Assembly: GCF_009914755.1 (NCBI RefSeq)
Contig: NC_060938.1
Direction: 5' to 3' (one strand)
Length of the DNA stretch: 64,000 bases
Source: the human T2T-CHM13v2.0 reference genome, Homo sapiens
Shown here: positions 1-5,656 of the stretch, one piece after another
Layout of the letters: each line of letters opens with the position of its first letter
Position numbering within the stretch: the stretch's first letter is position 1
Notes under the pieces: generated by a model
Databases searched by the model: none
The model's input: the letters and a program-made list of their open reading frames with translations, nothing else
What the model was told of the DNA's origin: nothing
Program-made: the position numbers and the translations under genes

Positions 1-1
1 G

Positions 2-2365
2 GTCTTGGGAGATTATGAGCGGTCCCTCAGCCCTGACTCCTCAAGATTCATGCCTGCCTCACCCAGCTTCTCCCTCTCCCCTCCCAGAAACTCAGACCCA
101 AGGGGCAGCTCCTCACCAGGGATGTGGAAGTCCTCTACATCATCCCGCAGGGCTTCACCACTCTCACATCCGTCATCAACAGAATTCCACAACTTTACGT
201 TTCCCTTTCCTAATCAAGCAGGACAGTCACTCATGTCATTGTGTTCTCCTGTGACCTCCTCTGGAGATTCTTCACAGTCACCTCATTCATCAATAATATA
301 CCATATGTTCTTATTGCCATCATCCAGCAGCTCACCCCCAGCCACCCATGACTCTCCTGTCTGTCCCAGCTACTCTCCAACTACGCCCAGATTTCAGCGG
401 GAGTCTGTACCCCACACCCCAGAAACACCTACAAACTCACAGACCTCAGTGAGATCCTCGCCAGTCTCTCTCACGTCTTCACCCCCAGCCCTTACGGACC
501 CTCCAGTCTGTCCCAGCTACTCTCCAACCACGCCCACATTTCAGCGCGGGTCAGTTCCAGAAACCCAGGGATCACCACCAAGCCCACCGCTTTCACTGAG
601 TTACTCCCCAGTCTCTAGCACGTCTTTATCTCCAACCCTCAGGGACTCGCCTGTCTGTCCCAGCTACTCTCCAAACACGCCCACACTTCAGCGGGAGTCC
701 GTTGCAGGCACCCAGAAGTCACCACCAAACTCACCAATTTCACTGCGTTACTCCCCAGTCTCTCTCATGTCTTCACCATCCCTCAGGGACTCTCCCGTCT
801 GTCCCAGCTACTCTCCAACCACGCCCACATTTCAGCTGGAGTCAGTTCCAGGCACCCCGGAATCACCACCAAACTCACCAATTTCACTCAGTTACTCCCC
901 AGTCTCTAGCACGTCTTTATCTCCAACCCTCAGGGACTCTCCTGTGTGTCCCAGCTACTCTCCAACCACGCCCACACTTCAGCGGGAGTCAGTTCCAGGC
1001 ACCCAGGAATCACCACCAAACTCACCAATTTCACTCAATTACTCTCCAGTCTCTCTCGTGTCTTCACCAGCCCTCAGGGACTCTCCTGTCTGTCCCAGCT
1101 ACTCTACAACCACGCCCACATTTCAGCTGGAGTCAGTTCCAGGCACCCCGGAGTCACCACCAAACTCACCAGTTTCACTCAGTTACTCCCCGGTCTCTCT
1201 CATGTCTTCACCCCCAGCCCTCAGGGACTCTCCTGTGCGTCCCAGCTACTCTCCAACCATGCCCAGATTCCAGCGGGAGTCAGTTCCAGGCACCCATGTA
1301 TCACCACCAAACTCAGCAGTTTCACTGAGTTACTCCCCAGTCTCTCTCATGTCTTCACCCCCAGACCCCTGGGACTCTCCTGTCTGTCCCAGCTACTCTC
1401 CCACCACGCCCAGATTTCAGCGGGAGTCAGCCTCCCACACTCCGGAATCAGATACAGACTCACAGACTTCACTGAACTCCTCCCTGGTCTCTCTCAGGTC
1501 TTTGCCCTCATCCCACAGGGACTCTTGTGTCTCTTTCAGCTACTCTCAAAACTTCTCTAGATTCCAGCTGGAGTCAGTTCCAGGCACCCACGATACACCA
1601 CCGAACTCACGAATTTCACTGACTTACGCCCCAGTCTCCCTCATGTTCTCACCCCCAGCCCTCAGGGACTCTTCTGTCTCTCTCAGCTACTCTCCAACCA
1701 TCTCCAGATTTCACCTGGAGTCAGCTTCCCACACCCTGGAATCACCTGCAAACTCACGGACCTTACTGCAACCATCCCCCATTTCTTTCACCTCTTCACC
1801 CCCTGCCTTCAGGGACTCTCCTGGGTCTCCCAGCTTCTCTCCAGCCTTCCCCAGATTTCTGCCACAGTCAGCCCCAGGCACCCAGGACAACCCTAGACAC
1901 TCACAGGCCTCACCAGACTATCTCCCTATGACCTGTACCTATACAGGGATGGCTCCCACGCATCCCTCAGTGACCCCAAACCCATCTCCACTTACACTCA
2001 GGCACTCCCAGGGCCTGACAGCTACTCCCCGTTATTGTCCTTCAGTTCGAAGCCCTGGCCAATCTACTAGCCCACATGACGCAGTTACCTGGCCATTTCT
2101 CCACGGTTCCCGGGAGGGCCCCACACCCAGCCGCACAAGAGCCCCTCCTGCATTCCGTCCTCACACGCAGGCCTGTCCATCTACTTGCTACTGTCACACT
2201 CTTGCCAGCAGAAGAGGCCCCTGTAATGGCCGATATCACCACCCAGTCTATCCTCACCCCACAGCTGTGCAGCGGGAACCCCCTGCTGGCCCACGTGGCT
2301 GCCACAGCCCATGCTGGCACGACGCTCCAGCAGGTCGGCGTCCCTGCGGGCCAAACTACCGGTGA
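2..2365 (+). CDS. Ser/Pro-rich 49-aa-repeat protein with CTD-like YSPTTP motifs, copy 1 (5' end cut off by the window edge)
   Basis: Open frame matching aa ~208-993 of the other copies; ends at TGA 2363-2365. The true ATG lies upstream of the window. Confidence 0.55.
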   Translation, partial: VLGDYERSLSPDSSRFMPASPSFSLSPPRNSDPRGSSSPGMWKSSTSSRRASPLSHPSSTEFHNFTFPFPNQAGQSLMSLCSPVTSSGDSSQSPHSSIIYHMFLLPSSSSSPPATHDSPVCPSYSPTTPRFQRESVPHTPETPTNSQTSVRSSPVSLTSSPPALTDPPVCPSYSPTTPTFQRGSVPETQGSPPSPPLSLSYSPVSSTSLSPTLRDSPVCPSYSPNTPTLQRESVAGTQKSPPNSPISLRYSPVSLMSSPSLRDSPVCPSYSPTTPTFQLESVPGTPESPPNSPISLSYSPVSSTSLSPTLRDSPVCPSYSPTTPTLQRESVPGTQESPPNSPISLNYSPVSLVSSPALRDSPVCPSYSTTTPTFQLESVPGTPESPPNSPVSLSYSPVSLMSSPPALRDSPVRPSYSPTMPRFQRESVPGTHVSPPNSAVSLSYSPVSLMSSPPDPWDSPVCPSYSPTTPRFQRESASHTPESDTDSQTSLNSSLVSLRSLPSSHRDSCVSFSYSQNFSRFQLESVPGTHDTPPNSRISLTYAPVSLMFSPPALRDSSVSLSYSPTISRFHLESASHTLESPANSRTLLQPSPISFTSSPPAFRDSPGSPSFSPAFPRFLPQSAPGTQDNPRHSQASPDYLPMTCTYTGMAPTHPSVTPNPSPLTLRHSQGLTATPRYCPSVRSPGQSTSPHDAVTWPFLHGSREGPTPSRTRAPPAFRPHTQACPSTCYCHTLASRRGPCNGRYHHPVYPHPTAVQREPPAGPRGCHSPCWHDAPAGRRPCGPNYR
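330..1930 (+). repeat. 147-bp tandem satellite (ACRO1-type) core in unit 1; recurs inside every ORF copy
   Basis: The CAGCTACTCTCC-type motif has its TAC/TTC codon at 371, 518, 665, 809, 956, 1100, 1247, 1394, 1541, 1688 and 1835 (spacing 147 or 144). The 147-bp period and 6-kb composite context match ACRO1 as I recall it. Confidence 0.88.
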
Positions 2366-2574
2366 CATGTCTAGCGTGACCCTCCTTCCTGGCAGTGACA
2401 CTGTTGATGTGAACCCCAATTTCACATCTGTCATTTGTAAATAGGACCATTTTCCCTTTTCGCTCTCCCTTCCATTCACAGGGCTTTTCATTCTCTCTGT
2501 TACTGCCTCCGTTTCAGATATTTACTCACCTTTTTCTCTCTCACTATGTCTGCCGTGGGCTCCATGAGAGTGCG

Positions 2575-2910
2575 CCACATAAGATTCCCCCATTAAAAGT
2601 CATGAATTGAGTGGCTTTTAGTATACCTGTGGTTGTGCACATTCAAATTTAATTCGCAATTCATTGTAGAACGTCTTATCACTCCCGGCCAGAGAAAAAC
2701 CCTGTAGACATTAGTCACTCCTCATTCTGTCTCAAACCCTCTCCCTCACCCGCAGCCCTAGGTAGCAACTACCTAGTGCGATCAATCCCATATGCATAGA
2801 TTACCATATTGTGGACATTTCCTATAAGCGGAATTGCACAATAGGGGAGCTGATATGACTGACATAACACGTAACACAATATTTTCAAGATTCGTCCACA
2901 TTGTAGGCTT
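2575..2910 (-). mobile_element. Old L1M (L1MB-like) 3'-end fragment, antisense; present in every unit about 210-545 bp after the ORF stop
   Basis: Resembles the reverse-strand L1MB 3' end from memory (GTGGCTTTTAGTATA, CATTAGTCACTCCTCATTC, GGACATTTCCTATAAGCGGAAT, TTTTCAAGATTCGTCCACATTGTAG). Boundaries approximate. Confidence 0.65.
2592..2597 (+). terminator. Candidate polyadenylation signal ATTAAA (also 8865-8870 and in each unit)
   Basis: ATTAAA ~227 nt after the stop codon, followed by GT-rich sequence (GTGGCTTTT...TGTGGTTGTG). Confidence 0.4.
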
Positions 2911-2974
2911 ACCCACAGGGGGAAACTATTTTTTTGGGGGCTTTTAGTAACACCGGTGTTTTCTCCTTCGTTAC

Positions 2975-3075
2975 GTCCTTCTTTCCTTCCTTCCTTCCTT
3001 CCTTCCTGACTTCCTTCTTTCCTTCCCTCCTTCCTCCTATTTCTCTCTTACTCCTTCTGCCCTCTCTCTTTCCTA
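2975..3075. repeat. (TTCC)n microsatellite / polypyrimidine tract, length-variable between units
   Basis: TTCC runs are short in unit 1 and longer at ~9255, ~34365, ~40665, ~46950 and ~53250. Confidence 0.9.
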
Positions 3076-3779
3076 TGCCTTAGGTGCATCCCACATTCTG
3101 CGTTTTTTTGGGGAAATCCTCGACAGGTGCAGGAAAATTGTGTTATTGTAACTATTTACCGTTATCTCTCTTTCACGGCTCTCCATCAGTTGTGAATATC
3201 TATTGGTTTATCCCAAGTCTCTAAGCATATTTTCATTAGGTAAACCTGTTTTTCCTTATACAGCTGTTTCTGGAGTATAGGGTCGCATACTCATAAACCC
3301 AGTGTAACTCAGAAACGCATCTAATATTCCAGTAAACCCATCATAACGTTGAAAACTCGTAAATCAAACCATCATAAGTCACGGTTTGTCCGTGGATATG
3401 GGCCTCATCAATTCCATTGTATTCAGTAATGCTGTACACCATTAACAATGGCAGACTGATTGGGAGTGGATATTGATAGCATTATAAAAGTCAGTTATTA
3501 GAGGGATACTTCTTTAACCTGACTGAAGAACTGATCTAATGGCTTTAGTACAGTGCATGATTATGTGCGATGTTTTGAGACAGAGTAGTACATTTGTGAA
3601 TGAAATTTTATGGCTTTTTTTTTCACTTAGTAGGAACCATTGTGTGTGGAAAAGTGAGAAAATGGCTTTCTGCTGTAGGGTCTGGCATTCATTGTAGATG
3701 TAAGCTTATTTTTCTGTGAGCAAATCTTATTCAATAAAATACTACTCTTTATACTAAAAAACAAAAACAGTGGTGATGT

Positions 3780-4110
3780 GTGGTCATTATCCTCAGCAAA
3801 CTTATCCAGGGAAAGAAAACCAAACGCCACAACTCACTTATAATGGGAGCTGAAAAATGAGATCCCATGGACACAGGAAGGGGAACAACACACACTGGGG
3901 CCTTCCGGGAGACAGAGCGTTAAGAAAAACAGCTACTGCATGCTGGGATTAATACCTAGGTGATGGGTTGACAGGTGCAGCAAACCACCATGGCACACGT
4001 TTACCTTAGTAACAAATCTGCACATCCTGCACATATACCCCAGAACTTAGGAACGAAACGAAACAAAAGACAACGAAAAAGCAACAGCAAAACGCTAAAG
4101 GCAAAATAAA
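3780..4110 (+). mobile_element. L1PA (older primate LINE-1) 3' end with decayed A-rich tail; copies near 10064, 16344, 22620, 28893, 35184, 41476, 47768, 54069, 60358
   Basis: Typical L1PA 3'UTR sequence: CATTATCCTCAGCAAACT, GGACACAGGAAGGGGAACAACACACACTGGGGCC, TAATACCTAGGTGATGGGTTGACAGGTGCAGCAAACCACCATGGCACACGTTTACC, CTGCACATCCTGCACAT..CCCCAGAACTTA, then an A-rich tail. Confidence 0.85.
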
Positions 4111-4279
4111 GTTTCAAACTGAGAAAGTGACAGACCAACGTCTGGTTCAAATCATGGTTCTCAACCCAGGTGCCATAAGGTCAGGATAAAGGATGTGATT
4201 ACATATTGTCAATAAGACATGCAGCAAATGACCAGAATGATTATTCTCAACATATGAGTGTCTTCTAATTCAATGGCGA

Positions 4280-4720
4280 CGCTATCTACCGGGACATAGC
4301 ATTAGATTCCAAAGGGCCGAGTCCCGCCAGACAGGCCTCCCACACTAATAACAATGGGAAGCCCTACGTTGCTTTACCTGTGCTTCTCAGCCACTGGCTA
4401 TAAATCAGGTTGCCACCACTCCCAGATTTAGTTGCATTCATTTGCTGGAAGAGCTCACAGCACGCAGGGAAACACATTTGCCGTTGTATTTTAGCGGACA
4501 TTGCACAAAGTTCAGAAATAAATGTGGGGCCCGGCATGTGGGGAGGGGCGCACTACCTTCCAGGAAGTGCTATCCAGAAGCTCTCTGAACCCAGTCCTTT
4601 TGGGTTTTGATGGAGACCTCATTCTATAGGCATGATGGGTTAAACCATAGGCTATTGGTGATCAACTCCACCTGGGGCTCTCCACCCTCCCTGGAAATTG
4701 GGGTTGAGGCTTTGCCATCC
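4280..4720. mobile_element. MER21-like LTR fragment; copies near 10565, 16845, 23120, 29395, 35685, 41975, 48270, 54570, 60860
   Basis: Motifs CTGGCTATAAATCAGG, GCTCACAG..CAGGGAAACACTTACATTT, GAAGCTCTCTGAACCCAGTCCTTTTGGGTTTT and ATTGGTGATCAACTC resemble the MER21 consensus as I recall it. Boundaries approximate. Confidence 0.65.
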
Positions 4721-4791
4721 TCAGTCTGACTAAAAGAATTTACCCAAACGGAATTTTAAAACAGATGAGCATAACTGGAATCTTAATTAGA

Positions 4792-4802
4792 TGATTGGAT
4801 TA
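4792..4802 (-). promoter_or_regulatory. DUX4/DUX-family consensus site TAATCCAATCA (TGATTGGATTA on +), one per unit
   Basis: Exact match to TAAYYYAATCA; also at 11080, 17356, 23632, 29909, 36200, 42488, 48784, 55085 and 61374. Confidence 0.5.
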
Positions 4803-5269
4803 TCTGGAGCCACACCTTGATATTCCTAACCCGAGCACCCTCATCCAACGAATGCTCCACCCAACTGGCTCCCAAGTCTCTACGTGGTTCCAGAGCAAAA
4901 GGATGTTGATACAACGCATATCTCCACCTTTTCTTCAAAGTCTTTTCGCTTACACGGAAAGACTTCTTCAACTGCCATGCATCAGGGTCAGGGGGAGGTC
5001 TTGTTACAACACAGATCTGCGGATCTCCGGCATTTGACTGTGGCAAGGATGCTGCTGGTGTCAAAACCACAACGTGGGAACCACAGAACCACTAGTGGGT
5101 TTTCAGTGTTTCAGTGCATACAATTCCTAATATATCTGGCTAAGAAAACTTGTAAGTTCTTAGATTGTCCCAAAGGTGGCGCATGAAATCAAAGCAGGAG
5201 AACAGTTTCCTACGAGGTGTAGCCTGGGAAAGTTGGGGGTGACTGATGGAAAGGAGGAGTGAAGCTCCA

Positions 5270-5450
5270 CCCTTTCCGCTGCTAGGCTGCGCCCGAGGCA
5301 ATTTAAACCCACCCTGGCTGGCCTGTACTCAGATCTTCGCGGAGCGGATCAGCGGCCGGAGCGTTTGGCGGACTCTGCGTGGACTTGGAGCTCACAGCGT
5401 CTTGCGACTTGGAAGCGGATTCAGAGGACAGGACAGAACACTTGGACAAG
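5270..5450 (+). promoter_or_regulatory. Putative core promoter and CpG-rich non-coding first exon
   Basis: (A/T)ATTTAAA at 5300, Inr-consensus TCAGATC with its A at 5331 (31 bp apart), a dense CpG cluster at 5275-5420, and donor-like CAA|GTGAAT at 5450. Confidence 0.5.
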
Positions 5451-5456
5451 TGAATC

Positions 5457-5486
<30 letters not shown>
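5457..5486. repeat. (TCTG)n microsatellite, 6-8 units depending on copy
   Basis: Directly visible; 7 units here, 6 near 30575, 8 near 49449 (one unit variant) and 55750. Confidence 0.92.
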
Positions 5487-5487
<1 letters not shown>

Positions 5488-5536
5488 CATTGGTTGGTTG
5501 ATTTCCATTTTCTTAAGGGGCACATACCTCACACCG

Positions 5537-5595
5537 CACACACACAAACACACACACGCACACACACACACACACGCACACACACGCACACACAC
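5537..5595. repeat. Interrupted (CA)n microsatellite just upstream of each ATG
   Basis: Directly visible; recurs in every unit. Confidence 0.92.
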
Positions 5596-5656
5596 TCCTT
5601 CCTTCTGCGAGTTAGAACATTAGTAGGGGCCCCTGGGAGCTGCAGGTTTCCTAAAC

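Noticed and set aside
702-1560. Overlapping 208-aa and 204-aa ORFs in the other two + frames (His/Gln-rich and Leu/Ser-rich), repeated in each unit
   Set aside because: Shadow frames of a C-rich, 3n-periodic repeat with non-ATG starts. They show that this sequence is intrinsically poor in stops, which is also a caveat for the main ORF.
330-1930. Possible CRISPR-like repeat-spacer array or genuine POLR2A/RPB1 gene
   Set aside because: The monomers are contiguous with no unique spacers and the context is primate. There are no polymerase domains and no tandem YSPTSPS heptads.
2042-2491. Antisense 149-aa and 89-aa ORFs and an alternative-frame 122-aa ORF over the C-terminus
   Set aside because: No recognisable features; recurrence only reflects unit identity, and the antisense ORF is shortened in copies 3 and 4.
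2758-2776. Perfect 8-bp hairpin CTAGGTAG-CAA-CTACCTAG
   Set aside because: Short, inside an L1 remnant and plausible by chance; its recurrence only reflects the unit repeat.
4396-4406. TATAAA in the MER21-like LTR as the ORF promoter
   Set aside because: It is about 1.25 kb from the ATG, mutated to TATAAT in two units, and the proximal TATA/Inr/CpG arrangement fits better.
3627-5186. Short spacer ORFs of 60-100 aa
   Set aside because: They lie in TE remnants or spacer, mostly have non-ATG starts, and some are broken by 1-bp or 4-bp indels between units.
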